Shown: in pieces, positions 9,173 to 18,577 of the stretch | How the letters are laid out: the number at the start of each line of letters is the position of its first letter | Position numbering within the stretch: the first letter of the stretch is position 1 | Assembly: GCA_049969855.1 (NCBI GenBank) | Contig: JBMFOB010000008.1 | Coordinates: 1 to 54,396, forward strand | From: Candidatus Bathyarchaeia archaeon | Lineage (GTDB): Archaea; Thermoproteota; Bathyarchaeia; Bathyarchaeales; Bathycorpusculaceae | Length of the DNA: 54,396 nt | Direction: 5' to 3' | Notes under the pieces: generated by a model | What the model saw: the letters and a program-made list of their open reading frames with translations, nothing else | Databases searched by the model: none | What the model was told of the DNA's origin: nothing | Made by a program: the position numbers and the translations under genes

Positions 9173-9643
9173 TTGGAGGATCCTCTAAAGAGAATTCGAA
9201 GCGTAGCAGATTACCAATTTGGAAAAGGCGTTGGCATCATGCTTTTTCCCGAAAATGTGAAAATAGAATATTCTAAAAGAACTGGCAGAATCCGTTATGT
9301 CTATTTAGATGGCAAGCGACTTGCAACTCTACGCCCAACTGACGGCTTATTCTCTCTAAGCATTACCGGTGCAAAAAGAATAGCTAAAAATGCGAATTCT
9401 GCGAAATGTTTCGTCACAGTTAAGGATGATGTTTCAAAGTTTATTGCCGAAGGCGGCGACGTTTTTGCTGTTCATGTGGTGAAGGCTGATGATGAAATTC
9501 GTCCAAAAGACGAAGTTATAGTGGTTAACGAAAGTGGTGAAGTTTTAGCAGTTGGGCGCGCTGCTCTATCAAGTGAAGAAATGAAAGCCTTCAAAACGGG
9601 CGTTGCAGTTAAAGTTAGACGCGGGCGTCTAGAAGAAGGTTAA
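9173..9643 (+). CDS. PUA-domain RNA-binding protein (ArcTGT C-terminal-like)
   Basis: ADYQFG...SKRTGRIR...DVFAVHV...IRPKDEV...GVAVKVR. Confidence 0.85.
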   Translation: MEDPLKRIRSVADYQFGKGVGIMLFPENVKIEYSKRTGRIRYVYLDGKRLATLRPTDGLFSLSITGAKRIAKNANSAKCFVTVKDDVSKFIAEGGDVFAVHVVKADDEIRPKDEVIVVNESGEVLAVGRAALSSEEMKAFKTGVAVKVRRGRLEEG

Positions 9644-9687
9644 GTATATGAAGCTTAATAGTAAATATTTAGTGGAAGGCGGTTTTC

Positions 9688-10038
9688 ATGCATAGACGCA
9701 TCAGTCCCCGCGAAGCAAGACGTATGATGCAACGCATGGGTCTCAGCATGGATGCTGTTCCAGATGTTGAACAAGTAATAATTAAAACAAACAGCAAAGA
9801 AATCACCATAGAAGCGCCAGAAGTAGCCATCATGGAAATGCAAGGACAGAAAATCTTTCAAGTAACTGGTGGAAAAATCAGCGAAAAAGCCATAGAACGC
9901 AAATTAACAATACCCGAAGAGGACGTGAGACTTGTTGCAGACCAGACTGGCAAAAGCCCAGAAGAAGCAAAAAAAGCCCTAGAAGAATGTGGCGGAGACT
10001 TAGCTAAAGCAATTCTCTTACTTCAATCAAAAGTTTAA
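9688..10038 (+). CDS. nac: Nascent polypeptide-associated complex protein
   Basis: PREARRMMQRMG, MQGQKIFQV, UBA tail EEDVRLV...GDLAKAIL. Confidence 0.95.
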   Translation: MHRRISPREARRMMQRMGLSMDAVPDVEQVIIKTNSKEITIEAPEVAIMEMQGQKIFQVTGGKISEKAIERKLTIPEEDVRLVADQTGKSPEEAKKALEECGGDLAKAILLLQSKV

Positions 10039-10049
10039 TGTGTTTTAAA

Positions 10050-10964
10050 ATGTTTGATATTGTCGTTGTTGGTCATTTCGCCATAGATTCTATTTTTCTT
10101 CCAGGCAGGCAGATGCCTTATGTGGTTTTGGGCGGTTCTGCCGCCTATGCTTCGCTTACTGTTAGACGTTTGAATGTGAAGGCTTCTGTTTTTTCTAAAG
10201 TGGGTGGTGATTTTCCAGAGGCTTATATGTGGTGGTTCAGAGAAGAAGGCATAGACTTAAGCGGCGTAGTAAAGGTTAAAGGTGCACAGACAACACGCTT
10301 TGAACTGAAATATGCTAATGATTTTTCAAATAGAACATTACAGCTAAAGAGCAGAGCACCATCCATCACCGTGGAAGATTTGCCAGAATCCATAAAAAGC
10401 AAAGCAGTTCACATAGCTCCTATAGCTGGCGAAATAGCCTATGAAGTGGCTGAAAAATTGAGAAGAGGCACTGAAGTTTTATCCATAGATCCGCAAGGGC
10501 TTGTGCGAAACTTCGACAATGAAGGATACGTCACTTATTCTTCGCTTCTGGACAAGCGTATATTGGAGCTTGCTAACATTTACAAGTCCTCATTAGAAGA
10601 AATTAAAGCTGTAACAGGCTTATCTGACGTAAACTCTGCGGTGAAGGCAGTTCATGATTATGGCATAGAAACAGTTATCGTAACTATTGGAGCTAAAGGT
10701 GCTTTGCTTTCCATCGAAGGAACCAAATATAACATTCCAGCCTACCAATGTGAAAAAATCGTCGACCCAACAGGGGCTGGAGACGCTTTTATTGGCGGTT
10801 TTCTCGCTGAATACGTTCGCGGCGAAGACTCTTTATGGTGTGCATGTGTTGGTTCTGCTGCTTCCTCCTTTGTTGTTGAAGCGTTTGGTCCCACATTTAT
10901 GGAAGGTGAAACAGAAATTCACCAAAGAGCTCATTTCCTTTATGAAAAAGAAATTAAGGAATAA
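10050..10964 (+). CDS. PfkB-family carbohydrate kinase
   Basis: GGSAAY, VTIGAKGA, DPTGAGDAFIGGF. Confidence 0.9.
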   Translation: MFDIVVVGHFAIDSIFLPGRQMPYVVLGGSAAYASLTVRRLNVKASVFSKVGGDFPEAYMWWFREEGIDLSGVVKVKGAQTTRFELKYANDFSNRTLQLKSRAPSITVEDLPESIKSKAVHIAPIAGEIAYEVAEKLRRGTEVLSIDPQGLVRNFDNEGYVTYSSLLDKRILELANIYKSSLEEIKAVTGLSDVNSAVKAVHDYGIETVIVTIGAKGALLSIEGTKYNIPAYQCEKIVDPTGAGDAFIGGFLAEYVRGEDSLWCACVGSAASSFVVEAFGPTFMEGETEIHQRAHFLYEKEIKE

Positions 10965-11011
10965 TGCATATTTTATTCCCTTAAGGTTACACTGTTTAAG
11001 AGGCGCATTAA

Positions 11012-11221
11012 TTGGGAAGAGTTGATAAGGGTGTTAAATGCAGCGTTTCGGGCTGTAAGGGTGAAGCGGTTCGTTCGCTTTCAGCAGAAAAAGTTAGGTC
11101 TGCTGGTTTGAATGTTGGCAGCAGCGAAAGACGTGCTTATCTATGCAAGGAACATTACAAAGAATACAAGAAGAGAACAAAGAAGGATAAAATGCTTGAA
11201 AAATGGCGACACATGGGCTAA
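11012..11221 (+). CDS. Small basic Zn-finger-like protein (C-x4-C...C-x2-H)
   Basis: KCSVSGC...YLCKEHYKEYKK; fills the gap directly before thrS. Confidence 0.75.
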   Translation: MGRVDKGVKCSVSGCKGEAVRSLSAEKVRSAGLNVGSSERRAYLCKEHYKEYKKRTKKDKMLEKWRHMG

Positions 11222-11238
11222 AAGGAAGGTGATTCCAA

Positions 11239-13107
11239 ATGAGAATATTACAGTTACACTCAAACTTCATTGAATATACACCCATTCAAAAAGAGATAGA
11301 GACGGCTGAAAAAGCCGAAAAGAAACCAGTTCGCCTAGAAGAAATTGTCGTATTATTCACGGCTGTTGAAGATGGCGACGATTTAACAGTAGCAGAAAAA
11401 GCCATAGACGAAGTTTCTGCTTTTCTGGAAAAATTGAAAGTAAAAAGAATCCTAATCTATCCATACGCTCACCTAAGCAATAAACTGGCAAAACCCCCAG
11501 AAGCCCTCAAAATAATTAAGGCAATGGAAGAAAAAGCTAGGGGAAGGGGCTTAGAAATTTATAGGGCCCCCTTCGGCTGGAACAAGCAGTTTACAATATC
11601 CATTAAGGGGCATCCTCTTGCAGAGCAATCCCGCGTGATTCTTCCCGCTGAAGTGAAAGAGGAAAAAGAAGAAAAAGTATCTGAAGCTGTGAAAGTAGAA
11701 GAAAAACTGGAATCCTTCTGGTATGTTCTTCAACCTGATGGAAAAATGGTTCCCGTTGAAAAATTCAATTTTGAGGGTTATGAAAATCTCGAAAAATTTG
11801 CAAACTACGAAATACATAAAGTAAGGGCAAGCCAACAAATGCCTCCTCACGTGCCTTTAATGAAAAGATTGGAAATAGCTGATTATGAGCTTGGAAGCGA
11901 CCCTGGAAACATCCGCTGGTATCCAAAAGGGCGCCTAATAAAATCCCTGCTTGAACAGTTTGTCACAGCTAAAATGACGGAGTATGGCGCTATGGAAGTT
12001 GAAACCCCAGTCATGTACGATTTCCATCATCCAAGCTTAGCAGATTACATGAATCGTTTTCCTGCAAGGCAATACTTGCTAAAATCAGAGGATAAAGAAC
12101 TTTTTCTGCGGTTTGCAGCATGCTTCGGACAATTCTTGATGGTTCATGACGCACAATTCTCTTACAAGCATATGCCCCTAAAAGTTTATGAGCTAACCCG
12201 TTACAGCTTCAGAAGAGAGAAAAGCGGGGAAGTTGTGGGTTTAAGGCGCCTAAGAGCCTTCACCATGCCTGATTGTCACGCTTTCTGCACGGGCATGGAA
12301 CAAGCAAAAAAAGAATTCATAACAAGGTTCAAGCTGAGCATGAAAATTCTTGAGGAAATAGGTTTATCAAAAAATGATTATGAAGCAGCATTGCGGTTCA
12401 CAAAAGACTTCTATGAAGAAAATAAAGACTTCATCTCTGAACTGGCGAAAATCTTCGGCAAACCTTTCTTGGTTGAAATGTGGAAGGAACGGTTTTTCTA
12501 TTTTAGACTGAAATGGGACTTTAACTATGTAGACAATCAAAACAAGGCTGCAGCCCTATCCACAGACCAAATAGACGTTGAAAACGCAAAAAGATATGAC
12601 ATAACATACGTTGACGAGAAAGGCGAGAAAAGGCATCCCTTAATTCTGCATTGTTCTCCAAGCGGAGCAATAGAAAGATGTATATATGCATTATTAGAAA
12701 AAGCCTACAAAGAACAACAAACTGGCAAGCCTCCAACCCTTCCATTATGGCTTTCCCCAACACAAGTCCGCATAATCCCATTGTCCGACAAATACCTCAC
12801 TTTCTCCGAAGAACTAGCCAAAAAAATGGATGAACATTGCATACGTGTGGACATAGATGACCGAACATTAACCTTGCAAAAACGGGTTAGAGAAGCAGAA
12901 ATGGAATGGATTCCCTACATAATTGTTGTTGGAGAAAAGGAAGCTGAATCAAACATTCTAGCCGTGAGAGACAGAAAAGCCGAAAAAATTCGCAAAATAA
13001 AACTTGAAGAACTAATAAGCGAAATTAAAGAAATAACCAAAGACAAACCTTTCAAACCTTTACCATTACCAAAACACCTTTCAAAACGCCCTCAATTCTA
13101 CGGTTAA
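11239..13107 (+). CDS. thrS: Threonine--tRNA ligase (archaeal type with N-terminal editing domain)
   Basis: MRILQLHS, YPYAHLS, APFGW editing domain; LRFAACFG, FTMPDCH, ILHCSPSGAIER. Confidence 0.97.
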   Translation: MRILQLHSNFIEYTPIQKEIETAEKAEKKPVRLEEIVVLFTAVEDGDDLTVAEKAIDEVSAFLEKLKVKRILIYPYAHLSNKLAKPPEALKIIKAMEEKARGRGLEIYRAPFGWNKQFTISIKGHPLAEQSRVILPAEVKEEKEEKVSEAVKVEEKLESFWYVLQPDGKMVPVEKFNFEGYENLEKFANYEIHKVRASQQMPPHVPLMKRLEIADYELGSDPGNIRWYPKGRLIKSLLEQFVTAKMTEYGAMEVETPVMYDFHHPSLADYMNRFPARQYLLKSEDKELFLRFAACFGQFLMVHDAQFSYKHMPLKVYELTRYSFRREKSGEVVGLRRLRAFTMPDCHAFCTGMEQAKKEFITRFKLSMKILEEIGLSKNDYEAALRFTKDFYEENKDFISELAKIFGKPFLVEMWKERFFYFRLKWDFNYVDNQNKAAALSTDQIDVENAKRYDITYVDEKGEKRHPLILHCSPSGAIERCIYALLEKAYKEQQTGKPPTLPLWLSPTQVRIIPLSDKYLTFSEELAKKMDEHCIRVDIDDRTLTLQKRVREAEMEWIPYIIVVGEKEAESNILAVRDRKAEKIRKIKLEELISEIKEITKDKPFKPLPLPKHLSKRPQFYG

Positions 13108-13192
13108 CAATATAAAAAGTGGTCAATTCTGGGCAAAAACTATATCAAACCTTAACAAATAAACTAAGCTCTCCAATTTGAGGGGAAAGTTC

Positions 13193-14083
13193 TTGGAAAA
13201 AGAACTACTTGTGTTTATCGACGGCGAATACTATCCAAAATCAAAAGCAAAAATTTCCGTTTACGACCACGGACTCCTATATGGAGATGGGGTTTTCGAA
13301 GGAATCCGCGCCTACAACGGCGTAGTATTCAAACTTAAAGAGCACATTGACCGATTATACCGCTCAGCTCACACTATCATGCTACAAATTCCACTAACAA
13401 AAGAAGAAATGACAAAAACAGTTCTAGAAACCCTCCGAAAAAACAACCTAAAAGACGCTTATATTCGCCTAGTAGTAACAAGAGGCATCGGCGACCTAGG
13501 ATTAGACCCAAGAAAATGCTCAAAACCAACAATTATCGTGATAACAGACACCATAAAGCTGCTTAAAAGCGAAGCCAAAGAACAAGGCGTAACCGCCATG
13601 ATTTCATGGGTTAAAAGAGACCCAGTAGACGCGACAACACATGAAATAAAATCGCTAAACTACCTCAACAGCATAATGGCAAAAATCGAAGCAAACATAA
13701 ACGGCGTCGACGAAGCCATATGCCTCGACAAAAACGGCTTCATATGCGAAGGCGTAGCTGAAAATGTATTCATAGTCAAAAACGGAAAAATATTCACACC
13801 ACCAAGCTATACAGGCGCATTACCAGGAATAACAGCCGAAGCCGTTGCAAAACTTGCAAGAAAACTTGGATACGAAGTTATAGAGAAGAATATAACGCCA
13901 TATGAATTGTTCACCGCTGACGAAGTCTTCTTCACTGGAACTGCTGCTGAAATTGTGCCAGTAAGAGAAATAAACAAAAGAACAATAGGAAATGGAAACC
14001 CTGGTCCAATAACTAAGAAGTTAATGGCTGAATTCACAAAACTAGTCCAAGACCCAAAAGAAGGAACACCAATCTACCAGTAA
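13193..14083 (+). CDS. ilvE: Branched-chain amino acid aminotransferase
   Basis: [35 protein letters not shown]; likely TTG start at 13193. Confidence 0.95.
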   Translation: MEKELLVFIDGEYYPKSKAKISVYDHGLLYGDGVFEGIRAYNGVVFKLKEHIDRLYRSAHTIMLQIPLTKEEMTKTVLETLRKNNLKDAYIRLVVTRGIGDLGLDPRKCSKPTIIVITDTIKLLKSEAKEQGVTAMISWVKRDPVDATTHEIKSLNYLNSIMAKIEANINGVDEAICLDKNGFICEGVAENVFIVKNGKIFTPPSYTGALPGITAEAVAKLARKLGYEVIEKNITPYELFTADEVFFTGTAAEIVPVREINKRTIGNGNPGPITKKLMAEFTKLVQDPKEGTPIYQ

Positions 14084-14091
14084 CACAAAAT

Positions 14092-15306
14092 TCAATCCCC
14101 TATTTTACTCCTCTCCATAAACTCTTCAATTCTATCAAAAGCCTCTTCAAGTATTTCAAGCGGTGGAAGAAAAACACCCCTAACATGTCCGGTTCCATAA
14201 TTTTGGTCAAACCCTGAACCATGAACAAGAAGCACTCCAGCCTCCTTCAAAAGCTCCAAAACAAAATTCAAATCAGTTTTCCATCTTCGCCCAACATCAT
14301 GAATTTTTGGAAAAACATAAAATGCTCCTTCGGGCTTTGCACAACTAATCCCTTCAATCTCATTCAATCTCTTTAACGAATAATCCCTTCTTTCCCTAAG
14401 TTTCTTAACCATGTCCTTTATGTGATCTTGCGGTCCATTTAGAGCCGCAACCCCAGCTTTTTGAACAGGCGTATTTGCGCAAAGCCTTATCCTAGCCTCT
14501 TTTTCTACGCACTGCTTCAATTCTTTAAGCTCACCTTTTTGGTCATGGAAATACACATAGCCAAGCCTCCAACCAGTCATCAAATAAGCCTTTGAAAAAC
14601 CATTAAACCCTATAACTGGAACATCTTTGGCTAAACGTGCAGTGCTGACAAATTTTTTCTCATAAACTATTTGGTCGTAAATTTCGTCAGACAAAACTGG
14701 AATCCCATATTCTCCAGCCAAATCTAAAATTTTCTTTACAACTTTCTCCTCATAAAGGGCTCCACAAGGATTATTCGGATTAATAACAACAATTCCCCGA
14801 GTTTTCTCCGAAATTTTCCTCCTCAAATCATCAATATTCGGCTGCCAACCCTTATCCTCCACAGTCTCATAGGTAATAGGCTTTCCACCAAAAAATTTCG
14901 CATACGAAATATAAGGCGGATAAGTAGGTCCCGGAAGAAGAACCTCATCCCCAGCATCGATAAGCGCCGCCATAACCATTTGAATACCCTCAGAAATTCC
15001 AGAAGTAACAATAACATCATCAGCAGAAACATCAACGCCATTAACTCTCTTTTCCTTCTGACTTATGGCTTCCCTAAGCTCAGGCAAACCTTCAGAAGCA
15101 GAATAAGCATTCGCGCCATCCTCAACAGCCTTTATCAAAGCTTGCTTAATATGCTGCGGCGTGTCAAAATCAAACGCAACCGGGTCTCCAATATTTAAGT
15201 AGCAAATTTTTTTGCCAGCCTTCGCCAACTCCTTTGCATAAACAATAACATCGCGAATAGCATATTCAATGGTGCGAACTCTCTCGGTAACCTTTACATT
15301 AGGCAA
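14092..15306 (-). CDS. Class I/II PLP aminotransferase (alanine aminotransferase-like)
   Basis: YAIRD, LNIGDP, NPNNPCG, SDEIYD, FSKAYLMTGWRLG. Confidence 0.9.
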   Translation of the reverse strand: MPNVKVTERVRTIEYAIRDVIVYAKELAKAGKKICYLNIGDPVAFDFDTPQHIKQALIKAVEDGANAYSASEGLPELREAISQKEKRVNGVDVSADDVIVTSGISEGIQMVMAALIDAGDEVLLPGPTYPPYISYAKFFGGKPITYETVEDKGWQPNIDDLRRKISEKTRGIVVINPNNPCGALYEEKVVKKILDLAGEYGIPVLSDEIYDQIVYEKKFVSTARLAKDVPVIGFNGFSKAYLMTGWRLGYVYFHDQKGELKELKQCVEKEARIRLCANTPVQKAGVAALNGPQDHIKDMVKKLRERRDYSLKRLNEIEGISCAKPEGAFYVFPKIHDVGRRWKTDLNFVLELLKEAGVLLVHGSGFDQNYGTGHVRGVFLPPLEILEEAFDRIEEFMERSKIGD

Positions 15307-15369
15307 AGGGGATCATCCTTCCAGAATTAACGCTTCTGTTTCCTACGAAAATAAAGCTTGTGGGGTGAA

Positions 15370-17088
15370 TTATGGAATGTGAAATGTTGTTTGGGCTTCT
15401 ACTCCTTCTTCAGTGATAATTGTCACAGCAATGTCCGTGTTTTGATACTTTCCCCAATCAAATAAGCATAGAACAACAGCTGTTTCTCCTGGCTTTATGA
15501 TTACTTGATTTTCGGGAACAATGTACTCCGCTAGAATTGTTTGGTTTTCAAACGCTATAGTCACTTTTGACATTGTAAGATTCCATATTGAATAGCTCGA
15601 GCTTTCAACTGTTATGTTCAAATATTTAGTCGCACCAAACTCGATGTTAGTAACTTCTGTTATGTTAAGCTCTGCTTTGGGAAGATCAAAAACAAAATCA
15701 AATGAATATTCTTCTGAAGTTTTATTTGCCATGACGTATACGGTCAGAGTTATATTTTTGCCCGATCCTAGAGGATATGTATTCCAATCACTGATATTGC
15801 AGTGAAATGTTTTATCTTGACCAGGATTAATTGGTCCGTAAGGTAGTTGCGGATCTGATTTTGTCTCATTTATTATTTCTCCGGTTTCTTTTATCACAAT
15901 CTTTGTTATGTTGACAGCGTCAAGTGAGGACTGATGATTCTGTAGTGTTATGTTGAAGTGGGTTCTGTCTTGCAAACTAAAAGTTTCATTTTCATGTAAG
16001 GTTTTGATTATTATTGGTGATGGTGTTGTGGCAATGTAGGCGTCAGTTTCGAAATCTTGCAAGAAATAAACTTTTACGCTAAGAGTTTTTCCTCTGTACT
16101 CTCTCCAAGACTCATTAAACATGAACGTGTATGTGGAGTTCGGCATTATCCCTACTGGTGGATCATAACTTTTTTCTATGGATGTCTCATTTTCTAGCGT
16201 GCAATCAATTCTTGTGACATTTACATAACTGGCTGATTCCGCAAGATTAAAAACAGTCACATTAAAGTGGTCAGTATAATCTTCATTGAACGTTACGTCT
16301 TGAATTGTTGCGTAGGCTTGTGTTAGGTTGATGTCTGTAAGGAATCTGTATCCTTCTTTTGTAGAGATTACGAGGGGAATACTCGTGTATCCGTGCCAGT
16401 TTCCGTTAAATTCAAAATGAACTGAAGTCCCGTTTTCGATGCATTGAGGAAGCTCGGGTGATGTTCCTTCTAGCGTAATTAAACCAACCATTATCTCGTT
16501 TATCGTTAAATTGACAACGGAATCAGCATCGTTCATCACTGTGATATTGAATTTTCTAAACGAAAATGTAGAGTCGAAGTCAGTATCGGTAACGTGAAGT
16601 TTCACCAGCGGCATTATTGCTTCCATGTTGGCAGCTGGGGCGTCAGAAGAGAAAACATGCACAATAATGCTTTCGCCAGCAAATTTGGTAGCGAACTCTC
16701 CCCAAGTCATGTTTTGGTTTTCTACCCGAATCATAGAGCATGTGATGTTTAGGGCTGTTCCCTTTTGAATTATGGTTCCATTTTCAAGCGATGGTTCGGC
16801 TTCTAAAACTTCATAGAGTTTTGTTTCCCCCTTTAGACTAACAGCGATACTCGTTATCGTTGCATCTGTTGGCGAATAAGATGGATTCAAGACACCAACT
16901 TTGAACGCTGTTGCGTTTTTTTCGTCGAGATAAACTCCTGTTATGGTAATTGTTGTGCCGGCGGGTATTTCCGTGTAGTAGGCTATTGTGAAGAGGTATG
17001 AGATTACTCCGCCTATTATTGCGGATATTATCATGAGAATTATGAGGGTAATGGTTGAAACTGCCTTTGTATTATGTAACACCCACAT
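15370..17088 (-). CDS. Surface glycoprotein with class III (pilin/archaellin-like) signal peptide and five beta-rich repeats
   Basis: TKA^VSTITLIILMII hydrophobic N-terminus; repeated F/L-N-I/V-T-V-x-N modules; many N-x-S/T sequons; ATG 17088 after a GGGAG RBS. Confidence 0.7.
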   Translation of the reverse strand: MWVLHNTKAVSTITLIILMIISAIIGGVISYLFTIAYYTEIPAGTTITITGVYLDEKNATAFKVGVLNPSYSPTDATITSIAVSLKGETKLYEVLEAEPSLENGTIIQKGTALNITCSMIRVENQNMTWGEFATKFAGESIIVHVFSSDAPAANMEAIMPLVKLHVTDTDFDSTFSFRKFNITVMNDADSVVNLTINEIMVGLITLEGTSPELPQCIENGTSVHFEFNGNWHGYTSIPLVISTKEGYRFLTDINLTQAYATIQDVTFNEDYTDHFNVTVFNLAESASYVNVTRIDCTLENETSIEKSYDPPVGIMPNSTYTFMFNESWREYRGKTLSVKVYFLQDFETDAYIATTPSPIIIKTLHENETFSLQDRTHFNITLQNHQSSLDAVNITKIVIKETGEIINETKSDPQLPYGPINPGQDKTFHCNISDWNTYPLGSGKNITLTVYVMANKTSEEYSFDFVFDLPKAELNITEVTNIEFGATKYLNITVESSSYSIWNLTMSKVTIAFENQTILAEYIVPENQVIIKPGETAVVLCLFDWGKYQNTDIAVTIITEEGVEAQTTFHIP

Positions 17089-17223
17089 GCTGCTACTCCC
17101 TCTATTTTCATATATGTTGTTGTATCTCATATCCTAAGCAATAAATAAGTGTTCTCTCGCAAACGTTAGGCTTAAATCTGTTTTCTGCTGATTATTTGCT
17201 TCCTAAACCTTGGAGGAAACAGC

Positions 17224-18510
17224 GTGTCTGAATATGATGTGCTAATAGTTGGTGCTGGAATTCTCGGTTTGTCAACGGCTTATCATGTTAAAGTTAGAAA
17301 TCCTAATGCGAATGTTTTGGTTGTTGATAAGTTGGGTGCTGCTGGGCAGGGGAGTACAGCCAAAAGTGCTGCAGCTTTTCGGTGTTTGTTTTATTCTCGT
17401 ACGAATTTTGATTTGGCTGATTCTTCTGTTGAATTTTATAAGCATGTGGAGAAGGATTTGGGTTTTGATTTGAAGATGAGGTGGATTGGTTATTTGTGGC
17501 TTTTTGATGAGGAGCGATATGGCAGAATGCATCCCGTTCTGAAGGATTTGGCTGGCAGAGGATTTCAGTATAAGGAGTATGAGGCGGAAGAGTTAGCTAA
17601 AAAGCTTGGCATGCAGACGAATTTTGCTGGTGATGAAGAAGCACAATTGATGGGTTTGGGAAATGTTTACAGAGGAATATTGATTCCGAAAGCTGGTTTA
17701 ATTGATGTTGATTCTCTTGTGAAATTTTATGAGTCTGAATTTCTTAGGTTGGGTGGCAAGATTCGGTATTGCAGTGAAGTTACAGATATTATTGTGGAGC
17801 CATGTAAACCTCTTGGTATGCCTGGTGAACCCTATTTTTGGCAAGATGCAGCAGTTGTGGGCGTGAAAACCACTAAGGGCGTTGTAAGGGCTGAGAAGAC
17901 GATAATTGCGGCTGGACCTTGGGCTTCTAAGTTGCTTGATCCTATTGGAATTGAATGTTTTATTAAAGCCAAAAAAAGGCAGGTTTTTTCGGTTAAAGCA
18001 AAAACTGATGCTCTTAAGAAGCTTCTTTACACAAAAGAATTTACAAGTGCTGGTTGTTTGCCGTTCACAATTTTTCCAAAGCCTTCATCTTATATTCGAC
18101 CTGCCCCTGAAGAAGAGGCTTTTTGGTTGGCGTACGCTGATGATTTTCCAAGAGCCTTCAAGGTTGAAGACAATCCTGAGCCTGAAGAAAACTTTTACCG
18201 ATATGGGTTGTATCAGGTTACGGTGAAATATTTTCCGCAGTTTGTGGGGTGTCAGCCGTTTTCGGCTTTTGCTGGTTTATATGAGATTAACACTATTGAT
18301 GGGCAGCCTTTGATTTTTGAGGAGAATGGTTTAATGGTTGTCGGTGGTGCCAGCGGGAGCGGTATTATGAAGGCTGATGCAATAGGTAGGATTGCTGCTG
18401 CACTTTATAATGGCGAAGAGTATGCTTTGCTCTATGGAGATAGAAAGTTTAAGATTAGCGATTTGGGTTTGAAAAATAGGCGTGTGGAGCCAGAAAAGCT
18501 GGTAATTTAG
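17224..18510 (+). CDS. FAD-dependent oxidoreductase, DAO/sarcosine oxidase beta/proline dehydrogenase family
   Basis: IVGAGILGLSTAY, GSTAKSAA, IAAGPW, AGLYE...DGQP, SGSGIMKAD. Confidence 0.85.
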   Translation: MSEYDVLIVGAGILGLSTAYHVKVRNPNANVLVVDKLGAAGQGSTAKSAAAFRCLFYSRTNFDLADSSVEFYKHVEKDLGFDLKMRWIGYLWLFDEERYGRMHPVLKDLAGRGFQYKEYEAEELAKKLGMQTNFAGDEEAQLMGLGNVYRGILIPKAGLIDVDSLVKFYESEFLRLGGKIRYCSEVTDIIVEPCKPLGMPGEPYFWQDAAVVGVKTTKGVVRAEKTIIAAGPWASKLLDPIGIECFIKAKKRQVFSVKAKTDALKKLLYTKEFTSAGCLPFTIFPKPSSYIRPAPEEEAFWLAYADDFPRAFKVEDNPEPEENFYRYGLYQVTVKYFPQFVGCQPFSAFAGLYEINTIDGQPLIFEENGLMVVGGASGSGIMKADAIGRIAAALYNGEEYALLYGDRKFKISDLGLKNRRVEPEKLVI

Positions 18511-18577
18511 CCTTTTTCATAATTAATTTTATTTACTTTCAAAAGGAATTATAGAGTATTTTATGGTGGTTAACTCT

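Noticed and set aside
4813-10038. mbf1-hflX-trm56-tfe-HD-DUF2110 and PUA-nac gene order as a novelty
   Set aside because: This is a known conserved archaeal neighbourhood; only the mbf1-hflX junction is unusual
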